From Eledone cirrhosa (lineage: Eukaryota): a stretch of DNA of 64,000 nucleotides. Position 1 is the first letter of the stretch; every line of letters starts with the position of its first letter. This document shows, piece after piece, positions 11,362-25,807 of the stretch. A program made the translations under genes and the position numbers. The notes beneath the pieces were generated by a model, which was given only the letters and a program-made list of their open reading frames with translations, did no database searches and had not been told where the DNA came from. Location of the stretch: the NCBI GenBank assembly GCA_964016885.1, contig OZ024742.1:93434001-93498000 (forward strand), given 5' to 3'.

Positions 11362-13712
11362 CATCATCATCATCATCATCACCGTTTTACGTCCGTTCTT
11401 CCACGCTAGCATGGGTTAGACGGGTTGTCCTGTTGTGGGCAGTGTCTGGTCGGCTGACCATGCCTTGCTCATACAGGAACTGATCTGGCTTGATTTCTAC
11501 AGCTGGATGCCCTTCCTAACACCAACCTCATTTACAGTGAGTGCTGGGTGCTTTTTCGTGGCGCCTACACGTCCACTTTACAGTGTGGGCTGGGTGCTTT
11601 TTTGCCGTGGCACCTCCACGACCACCTTGCGGTGGGGGGGGGGGGGCATATTGTTTATATGCTTCAGCATGTACCCATGGGAGGTCGGGTACCCTGTATT
11701 ACTGCGTGACGCCAGAAGTCACGGTCGTGTGTCATTGACTTTGAGAGGTGTAGTTGGGTAAGGTCGGCTTTTATCACCTCATCCCAAGTCATCTTGGGTC
11801 TCCCCACTCCGCGGTTTCCATCAACTTCTAGTGCTCTGCACCTTTTTATGCAGCTGTCATCCTTCATACGCATCACATGTCCATACCAGCGTAACCGCCT
11901 CTCCTGCACGCAGCATTTGATTCCTCTTATGCTCAGTCTCTCTCTCAATTCATTTATGCTTTGTCGTTCACGTATATTACTGTTACACATCCATCGGAGC
12001 ATGCAGGCTTCGTTTCTCTCTAATCTACGTAGGTCTTCCACCTTCAGCGCCCAGGTCTCACTACCATGCAACATCGCTGTTCGGATACACGCATCATACA
12101 GTCTGCCTTTCATTCTGAGGGAGAAGCCTTTTGCAGCTAGCAGTGGTAGTAGTTCCCTAAACTTCTTCCATCCCGTTCTTACCCTAGTTATTGTACTTTC
12201 TGAGCACCCACCTCCGTTGCTAATTCGGTCACCTAGGTAGCAGAAGCTGTCTACTGTTTCTACAGGGCCCTCCCAGAGATTGGTGGTACTTGTTTCCTGT
12301 GGCTGTTTGCTTGCTGTTTCAGCACAGCTGCTGCATGTGAATCCTACATTCTTAATTAAGCTTCCTGAGATCCCGCTACATCTCTTGTGTACCCATTGTT
12401 TGCATTTGGGGCAAAGAATGGAGTTCCTACCTACACCTTTCCTACATACTGAGCAAGGCCATTTCCCTGAGGGGATCTGGGTTCTGTTTTCTCGTCTACT
12501 TATAAGGACCTTAGTCTTTGTCATGTTGACTTTGAGGCCCTTTCTCTCTAGTCCCTGCTTCCAGGTTTGGAATTTATTCTCTAGTTCTACCATAGATTCA
12601 GCTATGAGTGCGAGGTCATCAGCATACAGGAGTTCCCATGGGCATCCGGTCTTAAACTCCTCCGTTATTGCCTGCAGGACTATGATGAACAGGAGAGGGC
12701 TAAGAACAGAGCCCTGGTGGACCCCAACCTGTACGCTAAATTCCTCGCTATACTCATTGCCAATCCTAACTTTGCTGACTGCTCCCCTATACATGGCTTG
12801 TACCGCTTTCACAAGCCATTCATCTACTCCTAGTTTTCTAAGAGCCCACCAGATTACTGCACGTGGAACTCTGTCAAAGGCTTTCTCAAGGTCGACAAAT
12901 GCCAAGTAGAGTGGCTTACTTTTAGCTAGGTACTTTTCCTGTAATTGCCTCACAAGGAAGAGCGCATCAGTGGTGCCTTTCCCTGGAACAAACCCAAATT
13001 GCATCTCGTCTATATTCACCCGGTCCCTAATCAGCTGTGCTATAACTCTTTCTGTTACTTTCATGACCTGGTCCATCAACTTTATACCTCTATAGTTTCC
13101 TCTATCTAGTGCATCGCCTTTACCTTTGTAGCAGTTGACAATGATGCTACTGCACCAATCTTTTGGTATGGCCCCCTCTAGTATTACCTGGTTAACGATA
13201 CGTGTGGTTATAGTGTGACCTACAGACCCAGATGCCTTCAGCATCTCGGCAGCTATACCCGATGGACCGGTTGCCTTCCCTATCTTCATATCTCTGATTG
13301 CCTTACTTACTACGCTGCCGCTGACTTGTACTGCTGGTCCCTCTATAGGGTCTACGTGGGGTAGGGTCTCTTCTTCCCATGCATTCTCCTCATTTAGTAA
13401 TCTATCATAATGACTCTTCCATGCATCTTTCTTCTCAGCACTTGTGAGGGCAAGCTCACCTTTATCATTCCGGATACACTTCTCTCCAATGACATCACAA
13501 CTATCTCTGACACACTGCCTCGCAATCTTGAATACCTCCTGTTTCTGGTCCTCACGTTGTAAAACATGCTTGAATTTTCTATCCTCTGCTTCCCTCCTAG
13601 CTAAGTATACTTGTCGCCTAGCTTCCCTCTTGGTCTCTATGTAATGTACCCTGCTCCCCCCGTTCTTCCATTCTTTCCATGCCTGTCTCTTGGCCTTGAC
13701 TGCTTCATCTAC
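11360..13712 (-). mobile_element. 5'-truncated RTE-clade LINE (family 1) with uninterrupted RT frame, 3'UTR and (GAT)n tail
   Basis: RT motifs [37 protein letters not shown] and RTE C-terminus [13 protein letters not shown]. Confidence 0.95.
11664..13712 (-). CDS. RTE reverse transcriptase ORF fragment (~680 aa) with embedded C4HC3 finger
   Basis: Open frame in the ORF track; its N-terminal ~24 aa are flanking low-complexity sequence. Confidence 0.85.
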   Translation of the reverse strand, partial: VDEAVKAKRQAWKEWKNGGSRVHYIETKREARRQVYLARREAEDRKFKHVLQREDQKQEVFKIARQCVRDSCDVIGEKCIRNDKGELALTSAEKKDAWKSHYDRLLNEENAWEEETLPHVDPIEGPAVQVSGSVVSKAIRDMKIGKATGPSGIAAEMLKASGSVGHTITTRIVNQVILEGAIPKDWCSSIIVNCYKGKGDALDRGNYRGIKLMDQVMKVTERVIAQLIRDRVNIDEMQFGFVPGKGTTDALFLVRQLQEKYLAKSKPLYLAFVDLEKAFDRVPRAVIWWALRKLGVDEWLVKAVQAMYRGAVSKVRIGNEYSEEFSVQVGVHQGSVLSPLLFIIVLQAITEEFKTGCPWELLYADDLALIAESMVELENKFQTWKQGLERKGLKVNMTKTKVLISRRENRTQIPSGKWPCSVCRKGVGRNSILCPKCKQWVHKRCSGISGSLIKNVGFTCSSCAETASKQPQETSTTNLWEGPVETVDSFCYLGDRISNGGGCSESTITRVRTGWKKFRELLPLLAAKGFSLRMKGRLYDACIRTAMLHGSETWALKVEDLRRLERNEACMLRWMCNSNIRERQSINELRERLSIRGIKCCVQERRLRWYGHVMRMKDDSCIKRCRALEVDGNRGVGRPKMTWDEVIKADLTQLHLSKSMTHDRDFWRHAVIQGTRPPMGTC

Positions 13713-13984
13713 GTATCCATATGTATGTATCCATATGTATATGTATCTCCTTACATATATGTGTGTTTGTATGAATATGTGCACACATATTTGTTATACA
13801 CAGATTATTTATATTTATGATGAATACCTATGTATAGGTCCAATGTACACTAGCAGAGAAAAGCAGACTTTAAATGGTCATGAAGCTGAAGATGAGACTT
13901 ATATATATATACAATTCGATATTTACGTATATATGAATGTTTATATATATCATCTTGGTCTGTTTATCTCTCTCTCTTTGTGTG

Positions 13985-14069
<85 letters not shown>

Positions 14070-14504
14070 CTCTCTGTGTGTGTGAGTATGTCTATATATA
14101 CTATTAAGTTTTTAAGTTTGCATATATTTATATTTATATATATATCATTGTTATTTATAGCTGCAAAATATACATAAAAATATCAATATCACTATACAGT
14201 ATATATATATCTATATTCACATATTACATATATTTATACAACAAACTTGTAGTACAAATCAAAATTTAACTAGAACTTTCTAATGAGGCCAAAAAGTTCA
14301 ATTTAATCTTCTCTTTACAGCTAGAAAATAGAATTCTAAACTGGTAAACTGCTCTAATGTTTATCAATGTTTATTTTTTATATATGGCTCTTGTTATCTT
14401 TTTTGTTCTATATGCTGTTTGCTGTTTGTTTATTCTCATTTATGTATTTTCTTATTATCTATATTTTTAGTTGGATGTTTCCATGTGAAATTTTGCTTTT
14501 GATT

Positions 14505-14686
14505 TGAGCGGTGAATTGACAGTATCGGTAGAGGGTCGGATATACTTTCCAGCGTAGTTACGTCCCTTTATTATCTGAGTTCAAATCCCGTCGAGGTTAA
14601 CTTTGCCTTTCATCCTTACGGGATCGATAAAATAAAGTACCAGTAATGTACTGGGTAATTGCTGGCCTTGTGCCAAAAGTAGAAAC

Positions 14687-14690
<4 letters not shown>
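14505..14690 (+). mobile_element. SINE family A
   Basis: Same head, B-box, core and 3' end as 3308-3520. Confidence 0.85.
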
Positions 14691-14720
<30 letters not shown>

Positions 14721-14722
<2 letters not shown>

Positions 14723-15044
14723 TCATCATCATTTCATTTTACGTCCGATTTTTCCCTGCTTGCAAGGGTGCGACGGGAACTTGATTTCTACAGCTGGATG
14801 CCCTTCCTAACACCAACCTTATTTACAGTGAGTGGTGGGTGTTTTTTTTTGCTGTGGCACCCCAACGACCACTTTGCAGTGGAATGATATGGATCCCTAT
14901 CATCTCATTTCTACAGCTGTGTAAACTGGAGCAATGTGTAATAAAGTGCCTTGCTCAAGGAAACAACACATCACACGGTCTGAGAATTGAACTCACAACC
15001 TTTCGATTGCAAGGCCAATGCTCTAACCACTAAGCCATGTGCCT

Positions 15045-15046
<2 letters not shown>
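14721..15046 (-). mobile_element. tRNA-headed SINE family B with RTE-derived 3' tail and (GAT)n
   Basis: Minus-strand head GGAGGCACATGGCTTAGTGGTTAGAGC...GAGTTCAATTC; tail shares GGTGTTAGGAAGGGCATCCAGCTGTAGAAATCAAG with the RTE UTR. Confidence 0.85.
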
Positions 15047-15093
<47 letters not shown>

Positions 15094-15739
15094 ATACGTA
15101 TGATTGTGTGTATGTATGCATGTGTATGTATATGTATGTATATGTATGTGTATATATATGTGTATGTATGTGTGCGTGTGTATATATATGTATGTGTGTG
15201 TATGTATATATATGTTTATGTATATATATATATATATATATATGCATGTATATGTGTGTGTGTGTGTATGCGCGTTTGTGTATTTCTATGTATGTGTATG
15301 TATGGATATGTTGATATTTATGTGTGTATGTATGTATGTGTATATGTATGTGTATGGATATATATTCACATATATGTGTGTGTGTATATGTGTGTGTGTA
15401 TGTATGCGTGTATGTATATATATATGTGTATGTATATATTTGCGCGTGTGTGTGTGAGTGTGTGTGTGTGTGTGTTTGCATGTGTGTTTTTATTTTTCCT
15501 TTCCTTCTTCCTTTTCCAGCCTCACTTTCATATAGATTATATTATTGTTTTGAAAATCCAACGCCAATAAATACACCAGGATTTTTTCATTGTGATGATT
15601 CAAAGCAACATTTTTTTTGCTTTTAAGAAACCACTGGTAAATGAAATAATTGCCTTATGTTGTTTATTACATAACTATTAAGCTCTGTTACCTACATAGA
15701 GCGCTCTTTTTTCCTGGACTTTTCCGACGGAATTACTTC

Positions 15740-15798
<59 letters not shown>

Positions 15799-15990
15799 CA
15801 CGTACATACATATATGTATACAGACGTACAGTAGTATGTATATATATATACATACATGCACACATATATATGCACGTATGGATTCACCGAACATTTATTA
15901 TAATGCTCTGTGTGTTTGTAAAAAACAAACATCCCATATTAAGCCGTAGTGTCCAGCAACCATCGTTGCTCGTTTGTTCAACACTGACAA

Positions 15991-16047
15991 AGGAACGCTG
16001 TACTAGTTTCAAGCTTATTAGCTATTGTCAGCAACGTATACCTTCCT
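15991..16047 (-). ncRNA. Hammerhead-like ribozyme, variant core CUGACAA
   Basis: Minus strand CGTTG-CTGACAA-tAGCT aata AGCTt-GAAA-CTAG-TA-CAGCG; stem I extends with AGGAA/TTCCT. Confidence 0.65.
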
Positions 16048-16217
16048 GCCAGATTGTTGAACGTATATAATTACCTTATGCATATTAACGGCTGAGTAGC
16101 CCAATTTGCATATGAATTGATGTATGACATACCTCAACTGTCTTGATAGTTCAATTCCAGTCTTAATAAATCATACATTTTGATTATGTGAACGTCTTCA
16201 TTTATTAATATTTCGAG

Positions 16218-16325
<108 letters not shown>

Positions 16326-16420
16326 CATATATATATATATACATATATACATAAATATATATATATAACAATCTCTCTCTCTATATATATATGAATAAGT
16401 ATGTATGCATATATGTATAC

Positions 16421-16492
<72 letters not shown>

Positions 16493-16497
<5 letters not shown>

Positions 16498-16830
16498 TGA
16501 AGCCCTCTCTGGTTATGAATGACCATGAATTTGTACCTGGAAATTTCTCCTCCAAGGCACAAGCCTGGATGCAAGGTGTGTTTGTGGAAGACTAGCAGTC
16601 ACCCATGCAAGCCAAAGTCCCCACTCCTTGCCACTGATTTATTCAGGGAAAAGGCAATGGACAATGCAGCTTGGCACCAGTGATGTTGCAACTCATTTCT
16701 ACAGCTGAATGAACTGGAACAGTGTGAAATGAAGCTCAAGAACACTATGCACCAACCGTTCTGGGATTTGGTGTTTCAATCTTATGATTGTGAGCTCAAT
16801 GCTCTAACCCCTTAGCCACACACCTTCACA
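16493..16830 (-). mobile_element. Older SINE related to family B
   Basis: Shares CTCATTTCTACAGCTGA.T.AACTGGA...GTGAAAT core and GCTCTAACC..TTAGCCA head complement. Confidence 0.6.
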
Positions 16831-17593
16831 TTAATGTCAGGTCACATCAGATCTTTGCCTGCTACTGGTACCATGTAGCCCAGTACAACCTGTTTCATGG
16901 TTAGTGGTCGATGACTAAACCGGCCTCCCCACCAGACCCTTGTCTGGTGAATGTGCAAGTGGAAACCCAGCAGCACAAAATCAAGTGTTCTCGAAGGATG
17001 GATGAACTCTTCGGAATCAATGGCCATTCACCCCAAATATGGGTTAAATAGCCTCACTAACCTGCAATAGGCCAAACTTGGCGAGTACGGCTACACTCCC
17101 TAGAGAAGTTAAACTTTATGACAGTAACACATGCGATCCTCGTAACCTGTCCTGTTATCTTGCCTTCGCTTATCACTGGATACAGCTGCGAGGATAGAGC
17201 AGGTGCTCTGTGTGTAGCACAAGCACATAGCATTGTCATCTTTATATGCAGATATTTCTTCAGAAGCCGACAGTGGTATAGGAGTGGCACGATGTGCAGA
17301 CATCTGTTTAGAAGCAGATAGTCACAAATATACTCATGAGTGGCTTGAGTCTTTTCTAATGTCACTGCTCTGTTAACCTGAACAGCCCTCTGTTAATCTG
17401 AGCAGCCCTTATTGGGGAAGCACTACCGTTCCATTCCACATGGGAATTGTCTAGAAAAACTGACCTAAACAAAGCCTGTTCAGTCATCAAACTGGCCAGC
17501 AGTCAATAGTTGATAATTTGCAAGGAATTTATTAAAGAGATGGCCATTTTCTGTAAAGAAATGACAGTTACCATATATATATATATATATATA

Positions 17594-17990
17594 TCATCAT
17601 CATCATCATAATCATTTTACGTGCGCTTTTCTCTGCTTGCAAGGGTGGGACGGGAACTGATTCTGGCTTGATTTCTACAGCTGGATGCCCTTCCTAACAC
17701 CAACCTCATTTACAGTGAGCGCTGGGTGCTTTTCTTTTTTCTGTGGCACCTACACGTCCACTTTACAGTGTGGGCTGGGTGCTTTTTTTGCCGTGGTACC
17801 TCCACGACCACTTTGCAGTGGAATGATAGGGACCCCAGTCCCTATCATCTCATTTCTACAGCTGAGTAAACTGGAGTAATGTGAAATAAAGTGTCTTGCT
17901 GAAGGAAACAACACATCACCCGGTCTGAGAATTGAACTCACAACCTTTCGATTGCAAGGCCAATGCTCTAACTACTAAGCCATGTGCCTC
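17594..17990 (-). mobile_element. SINE family B with longer RTE-derived tail
   Basis: Highly similar to 14721-15046; (TA)n on both flanks. Confidence 0.85.
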
Positions 17991-18655
17991 TATATATATA
18001 TATATAAACTGCGGGACATCTGAATAATTTAATTCCTTATGATTTTATCTTGCTTGCTTTTTCCCACTTATGAATGTATATGTATATATATATATTTATG
18101 TTGATATGAAGAGAGAGGGGGTTGTGTTTGTATTATATTTTTTGGATATTTTTTATGTTACCTTTTGTGATTACTGTTGAGTTTGTTGTTAATATTTTTT
18201 ATTGGTGTTCATATTGTTATTGTTGCTGTTGATGATGTTTCCATATTTTTTTTCTCTACAAGAAATGAGACAAGTATAGAATATTTGCATTTTACTTAAG
18301 GGAAGATTTATCTATTTTAATAAAGTTTTCTGTTAGGTAGGTGTGAGCAGATGCTTATGTTAGCTGGTTGGTTGGTTGGTGTACCAAACTGGAATATAGT
18401 TATTAACTGTTCTCTGCAGTGTTCTGTGATAAATGATGCAGAGTGAGAGCAATTATAAAAAGATGATAATAATAACAATTTTTTTTTATCAGCCATAAGT
18501 GCTTGTACATATAAATACAATAAACCTTATAAAGATAGGGATTACAATACAAGTGGGCCTTGACAAACAAAGTTATATAAAAATGAGGGTAGGGGCAAGC
18601 TGTAAACACAGTATAATAATACAATTTGAGAAAATATGAAATAATTATAAAATTA

Positions 18656-19589
18656 CTAGCAGTGGTACCCGGCGCTGCACGGGATAAGGTATTTTGGAAT
18701 GCGGGCCGCCAACAGACCTAATCGTGGAAAAACTGCATGCCTGGACAATATGTAAAGGAAATAAACCGAATACTCTGATGGCTGGATAATCTTTAAGATT
18801 TTACTCGATGAAGGAGGAAAAATGCAGGTTTTCACCTAATGCGGGCCCTAGGGGATCAAGAAAATGAATTTTTTCTATGTGCATAATATTCCTTGAAATT
18901 TCGGGAAAATCGGCTAGACGTAACGCCTCAAAAAAACCCTAAAAAGCTGAAAAAAATAAAGATTTTCACCTAATGCGGGCCCTAGGCCATAAAAAAGTTG
19001 AATTTTCTTTGCTCACGGTATGAGGAAGAGACTGACTAATACATAGTTACAATTTCAAGGAAACGTAACGTCTCAAAAAACCCCTAAAAACCTGAAAAAA
19101 ACACAGTTTTTCACCTAATGCGGGTCCTAGGGTATCAAAAAGTAATTTTTTTTTTATTTGCATAACAATCCCTCAAACATAAGTAATACACATGTAAGGT
19201 TTGAAAAAAGTCGGTTGGGTATTTCTCGAGTTTTAGGGATTCAAACTCACAGACAGACAGACAGACACACACACACACACACACAGAGGCAGACATCCTC
19301 AGGGAAGTGACGTAATGCAGACAACCAGACATACAGACAGATATTATAAGGGCGCGACGTTATATGTATGTATCTATCTAAAAAGAGAAAGACTAAGAGT
19401 TATAGAGAGAGCTCGCTAAATCGCTTAATGCGGTCTCTAAGGCATTGAAAATTTGAAATTATTTTTGCTCAGAACACTTCCTGAAACATAAGTATTACAT
19501 GTGTAAAGTTTGAAAACAGTCGGTTGGGTGCTCTCGAGTTTTAGGGATTCAAACTCACAGACAAACATCCTCAGTTTTATATATATAGA
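18656..19589 (-). mobile_element. Non-autonomous Helitron
   Basis: Minus strand starts TCTATATATATAAAA and ends CCCGTGCAGCGCCGGG hairpin + CTAG; sits between A and T; internal ~135-bp repeats and (GACA)n. Confidence 0.85.
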
Positions 19590-19965
19590 TTATAAAACAT
19601 GCAATAATTAACATAAAATATGATACAAAATGATAATAATAATGCTGGCACAACTTGAGGTGGAAGAGGAAAGTCAATTAAATCATCAGGTATATTATAT
19701 TATTGAGTCTTGAAAGATAAAAAGCAAAGTTGAGCATTATCTATCTGCTCTTCAGACTAGCGATTCAAGAAAAAATATAGTCAAGTTCATCTTTGAGTGA
19801 CCCTGAGTCAATCCTCTGAGAAATGCACGTAACACGTTGATACACAATAACATCTAAATACATGTAAACGAAACTTCATTGTTTTTATTAATATATATAT
19901 TCTGCCTGTGCATCAAGTGTTCATTTTGATACCACCACCAGTAATTCACTGAATAACATACACTA

Positions 19966-20944
19966 TCATCATCATCATCATCATCATCGCTTAACGTCCA
20001 TATTCCACGCTTGCATTGGTTTGGACGGGAGTTTTCCCACTTGAGGCAAGAGTGGTTGTCTTGCTCGCATAGGACTGTCTGGCGGGTTTTCTACGGCTGG
20101 ATGCCCTTCCTAACACCAACCGCGTTTACAGTGTGAACTGGGAGGTTTTTACCGTGTTACCTACATGGCCACATTACAGCGTGGACTGTGTGGCTTTTTG
20201 TCGTGACACCTACACGACCTCATTTGTTTCGGACTGGATGTTGTGACACCAACATAGCTTTACATTGAAAGGGGTGGTGTGGATGGGTGGGGTAGTGGGA
20301 CGGGGGTGTATTTTTGTTAGAGGTGCCTACTGACTGTAGTAGGTTTCACTTTGTATTTAGGTAGGCGGGTCTTCTCTATTACTGTGTAGCGCCAAAGATC
20401 TCGGTCCAGTGACATTGTCTTGGAGAGGTGTAAGTGTGTGAGGTAGGAATTTATCAAGTCGTCCCAGGTTTTTCTGGGTCTGCCTACTGCGTGGCTACCG
20501 TCTATTTTTATCGCCCTGCACTTTTTTATACAGCTGTCGTCTTTCATGCGCATCACGTCACCATACCAACGTAGTCTTCTCTCGAGTAAACAACATCTGA
20601 TCCCTCTTATTTCTAATTTCTCCCTTAGTTCGTTTATGCTTTGCCGTTCACGTATATTACTATTACACATCCAGCGGAGCATGCAAGCTTCGTTCCTCTC
20701 CAGTCTGCGTATATCCTCTGCACACAATGCCCAGGTCTCACTGCCATGTAACATTGCTGTTCGTATGCAGGCATCATACAGCCTGCCTTTCATTTTTAGA
20801 GAGAACCCTTTAGCGGCTAATAGTGGTATAAGCTCTCTGAACCTTTTCCATCCAGTTCTGACTCTAGCTACTGTAATTTCAGAGCACCCTCCACCACTGC
20901 TGATTTTGTCACCCAAGTATCGGAAGGTGTCCACTATTTCTATA
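19966..20944 (-). mobile_element. Heavily 5'-truncated RTE LINE (family 2)
   Basis: FRYLG...RLRWYGDV..GRPRKTW; UTR nearly identical to 27328-27710; (GAT)n tail. Confidence 0.9.
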
Positions 20945-20963
20945 TATATATATAGTGTCCACA

Positions 20964-21032
<69 letters not shown>

Positions 21033-21279
21033 TGTATGAATCAATGAGGGAGATCTCTAGATGGTATTTCGACCTGGTAAACATAGCAACCAAATCATCC
21101 TACCTTAACAGCGTATTGACTTTTTAACATTTGTTTGATTTTTTTCCCAACAGGAAGGAATGTAAAATGGCAGCTAAGACAAATCTTCTTTTATCTCATT
21201 TAATTCTCACATACCACATATTAACAAATTATGTTAAAAAATTACATAATATAATATCACTTGAAACAGACACTATCGC

Positions 21280-21830
21280 AAGCTCAGATGATTCTCTTGA
21301 AGTAGTTGATAACTTCCATAAGCTAGGTAACTTAATTAACACTGTGGAGGATGTTCTACCATTAGTTAGGTGACTTAATTAGCACTGGAGTGGATATTCT
21401 AAAGATTCAGTATCTAAAATGATTACGAAAGGAAAACATTTCAGTGAGCTAATAACTCTGATGACTACAAACAATTTTTCTTTCAGTATGAAAGGCAGAT
21501 TACATGACTCCTGTGTGAGGACTACAATGCTACATAGAAGTAAGATTTGGGACTTGAATCCAGAGAACCTGCAAAGATTTGAAAAAAAAGGAAGCAAACA
21601 TGCCTCAACAGATGTGTAAAAGCAGTGTTCATGAACAATGAAGCATTAACAAACTGAGAAGAAAGCTGTGCATAAGAGGTATTAGACTTAGTGTATAAAA
21701 CATAAAACTGTGCTGGTATGGATATATGAAGCATATTGGCATTTAAGGTTGATGAAAACTGTGGAAGAGGTAGACCTAGGAAAACAGGGGATGATGTGGA
21801 GAAGTCTAATCTCATGAAGGAGATGAAACA
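21280..21830 (+). mobile_element. Degenerate RTE LINE fragment
   Basis: Decayed KGRLHDSCVRTTMLH and GRGRPRKT motifs. Confidence 0.7.
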
Positions 21831-23469
21831 GGATCAAATTGACTTGATGGTGATTTGCCTCGCTACTGAAGACTTAGCTGCCAACAAGAATGGTCAAAGT
21901 GGCAATGAAGCAGGGTGTTATGATGACATTTAGGTCCCTCCTGTCAATATGCAACTTCATAAAATATCTCATTCTCACTATCTAATTCCTCCTACCTAGT
22001 CTTACTCCTCACACACCTGATCTTCTCCATTCCCACTATAATCTTCCCACTACTCTCATCCTTGATTTTGCCCTATCCAACCCATGCCAATATGGAAACA
22101 TAGATGCACCCCACAGTGTACGTCCAGGCATAGCTTGACTCTGCTCTCACCTCCCCACTCTCATCATTGCATTCCTAGCCTCACCAGTGTCTTAATGCTG
22201 AAAAGAGGTAATGTTGGTGCTACAGTAAAATGCATGCAGCCCACTCTGTAAAGCAGTAGTGCTGGTGCCATGATAAAACACACCGAGGACAGATTTATAA
22301 TAAGTATATATCCAGGGAAGCCTCCATCCCACACTGTAAAGTGATCATGATGATGACATGGTAAAAAGTGCTCAGCCCACACTGTAAAGTTATCATGTAG
22401 GTGTTATGACAAAAAGGACCCAGCGCTCACTGTAAATCAGTTCTGTATGAGAAAGACATGGTCACCTGACCTGTCATTACTCACAACAGGAGTTATGGAA
22501 GAGGCAGACACAGGAATACTTGGGACCAACTTTAAGAAGCTAAACCTCTCAACAGATGACGAAGGACTGTAAAGACTGCTATGTTATGCGGGTGAAGACC
22601 TAACCACCAGCCTAAATGTGACTCGATCCATCACTGACCACTCTTATCCCATCTATGACACCTCCAGTATAACTTTTTAATTATTTCCCCTCCTTTAAAA
22701 TCATGAGATACCCTCTCTATTTCAATCTCGTAGCTACTCCTTCCACCTCTATGCACCACACTTCCCCAATGTTTCTCCACTACCACTTCTTATACTTTCT
22801 ATCCCTTCACTTTTCCTCCCACCCATGCTAGTGACTACACCACCCACTCCTTCACTACTATCACCACTTTGGTATTCTCACAGTCACTACACTATCAGAG
22901 GTCACCACTACTACTCACCACCCTGTCAAATCACATGCACCATACTTTCATAACTTCATATTCACCCCCCCCCTTCTCCTCTTCCACTGCCACACTTGCA
23001 GAGCAGAGAGAACTCTTCAGTTGGGACAATAACTGACAACCTCTCTAGTGTTTGTGTTAAGAAAATGCACATAATACATTCTGTAAAGTGGTTGACAATA
23101 GGAAGAGCACTCCACTGTAGAAACCTTGCTAAAAGCATCAATGCTGTGGCAACTCCTCTAGTGTTGGTGATCTACACAATAAATGCTACCAGTACATGAT
23201 GTAGAGGGATTGGTGATAGGAGGGGTTGAGAGGCCGCTTCAGTCAGGTGAAAAGCATGACAACCTCCCTAGTGCTGATACCATGATAAAATGCACTGAGT
23301 AGAGCATGGAACTGTATGTAAATGAGATGTGGGCGCCAAACTTCTCTAGGAGTTCAGTAAACCCTCTTCAGTGTTGTTTGGTGAAGACCCATCCAACTTT
23401 TGCTAGTTGGGAAGGTGGATGTTAAATGATGATGATGATAATAATGATGATGATGATGATGGCATAGGT

Positions 23470-23590
23470 AATAATTGTTTCTACTTTTGGCACAAGGCCA
23501 GCAATAACCCAGTGTATTACTGGTACTTTATTTTATCGACCCCGTAAGGATGAAAGGCAAAGATAACCTCGGGGGGATTTGAACTCAGGT
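23470..23590 (-). mobile_element. SINE family A, 3' half
   Basis: Reverse complement of the B-box, core and tail. Confidence 0.75.
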
Positions 23591-24274
23591 AATAATGTGT
23601 AATGGACAAGGTGGTTACATTTGCTGATTGAGTAGTTAAAATTTTATTAGAGTTTGTATGTATATAACACACTTTATTGTCTTAAGTATTGGACAGGATA
23701 TACGGGAGTGGGGAGTAATGGGTTGGAGGAAGAAGAGTAGGGAGAATATACCAAGGGGAATCATAGGGAGGAGGGGGAGGAAATAGAGAAGGGTGCAGGA
23801 AAAGATTAAGGGGAAATGACAGGAAGAAGATTGTGGATGGAACAAGGTGAAGTGGCATGATGGGGAGGATAATAGATCAAGAGTGGAAGTGGGGGAAGGG
23901 GATAGGATGACAGAGATAAGGGAGGCAGAGGGGGAAGCAGTGAAGTGTTAAAGGAAAGAGATGTAATGGAAGGGAAAAGGGAGAAATAGGTGGTGATGGG
24001 CATGGGAGGAGGGAGAAGAGCAAAGCAATCTAGGAAGAGAAGAGATGTAAAGTATCCAATGATGTCTGAAAGAAAAGATGTTGTTGGAGGTGAGATTGGG
24101 GATATTGCACGGCGAGGGGTGGGGGTGGAGGGATGGGGCAGGGTTGGTGGGACAGATGGGAAATTAAAGAAAAGGTGAGAAAAGAAGGAGAAATAGAAAT
24201 GTAACTGATGTCAAGGAAGGAAGGAAACACCACACACACACATGTATATATCTATATCTATCTCTCTCTCTCTC

Positions 24275-24356
<82 letters not shown>

Positions 24357-25583
24357 CACAAGCACATACAAATATATACAGCTGCACACACATGCACATA
24401 CATAATCATATACTGATACACACCTACATAGACACACATGCATACACATCACATAGACACACACACAAGCATATACATGTACACATGCAACCCCCCTCTC
24501 CCCCCACACACAAAACACCATATAGGCAAAAAACAATCAAAGAGATACACACACATAGTACACAAGTATATACATACACTTACACAACCACATACAGATA
24601 CACAGATCCAAACATTCAGATACAGACATACACACATACATACGTACGTACACACATGCATATATATATACACACACACACAATATATATATATACTCAT
24701 ACAGATACATATGCATATATACATGCACATACACGCACATACAACACATACACACACATTTACAATATGTACATACTCACAAATACATACATGCAGATAA
24801 GTACCCATATATACATACACACAGAAACACATACAAACATAGACATACACACAACACATGCAAGCATCACACACAATTGCACACACACACATACACACAC
24901 ATACATACACACACATACACACACATACACACACATATGCACATACACACATACACACACGTACATACATACACACACGCACACACACACACACACACAT
25001 ACACACATACATACATACACACACATACACACATATAAATACACACACACACACACATACACACATACATACATACACAAATACACACACACACATGCAC
25101 ACACACACATACACACACATGCACACATACACACATACACACACACATACACACACATACATACAAACACATGCACATACACACATACACACACACATAC
25201 ACACACATACACACACATGCACACACACACACACACACACATACACATCTATATAGAAAAATGGAAGAAGAAAGTGAAACGAGAAAGAATAAAGATGAAA
25301 GATTAAAATGAAAGAAATACAGAAGAGAATAGTGTGTATGTATGTATGTGTTGTGTGTGTGTGTGTGTATGCATATATGTGTGCGTTTCTGCATGTCTGT
25401 GTGTATGTATATGTGTGCGTTTGTGCATGTGTGTGTATGTATATATTCGTACTTATCTGCATGTATGTATTTGTGAGTGTGTACATATTTTAAATGTGTG
25501 TATATGTTGTATATGTTGTATGTATGTGTATGTGCATGTATATATGCACGTGTGTGTGTATATATATATATTGTATGTATGTG

Positions 25584-25742
25584 CAGGGTTGTCTTAACAG
25601 CATTACAGGCCCCAGGGCAAAGCAGAGCACTTGGGCCCCTTCCTACACAACCACTCACAGGAATAAAAATACAAATGGGTCCCCTATCCTCGTGGGGCCC
25701 CCGGGCAACTGCCCAGCGTGCCCATGTGTTAAGACGGCCCTG
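25584..25742. mobile_element. hAT-type MITE (159 bp)
   Basis: TIRs CAGGGTTGTCTTAACA / TGTTAAGACGGCCCTG; 8-bp TSD TGTATGTG (in low-complexity flank). Confidence 0.8.
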
Positions 25743-25807
25743 TGTATGTGTGTATATATGAGTGAGTATGTATGTATGTGTCTGTATATATGTACATATG
25801 TGTGAGC

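Noticed and set aside
14303-14350. Splice-acceptor-like sites here and near 6857, 21152 and 38771
   Set aside because: Polypyrimidine-AG matches are expected by chance; no consistent exon chain
16840-17560. GC-richer non-repetitive segment with short ORFs
   Set aside because: No motif recognised; cannot be assigned without a database search
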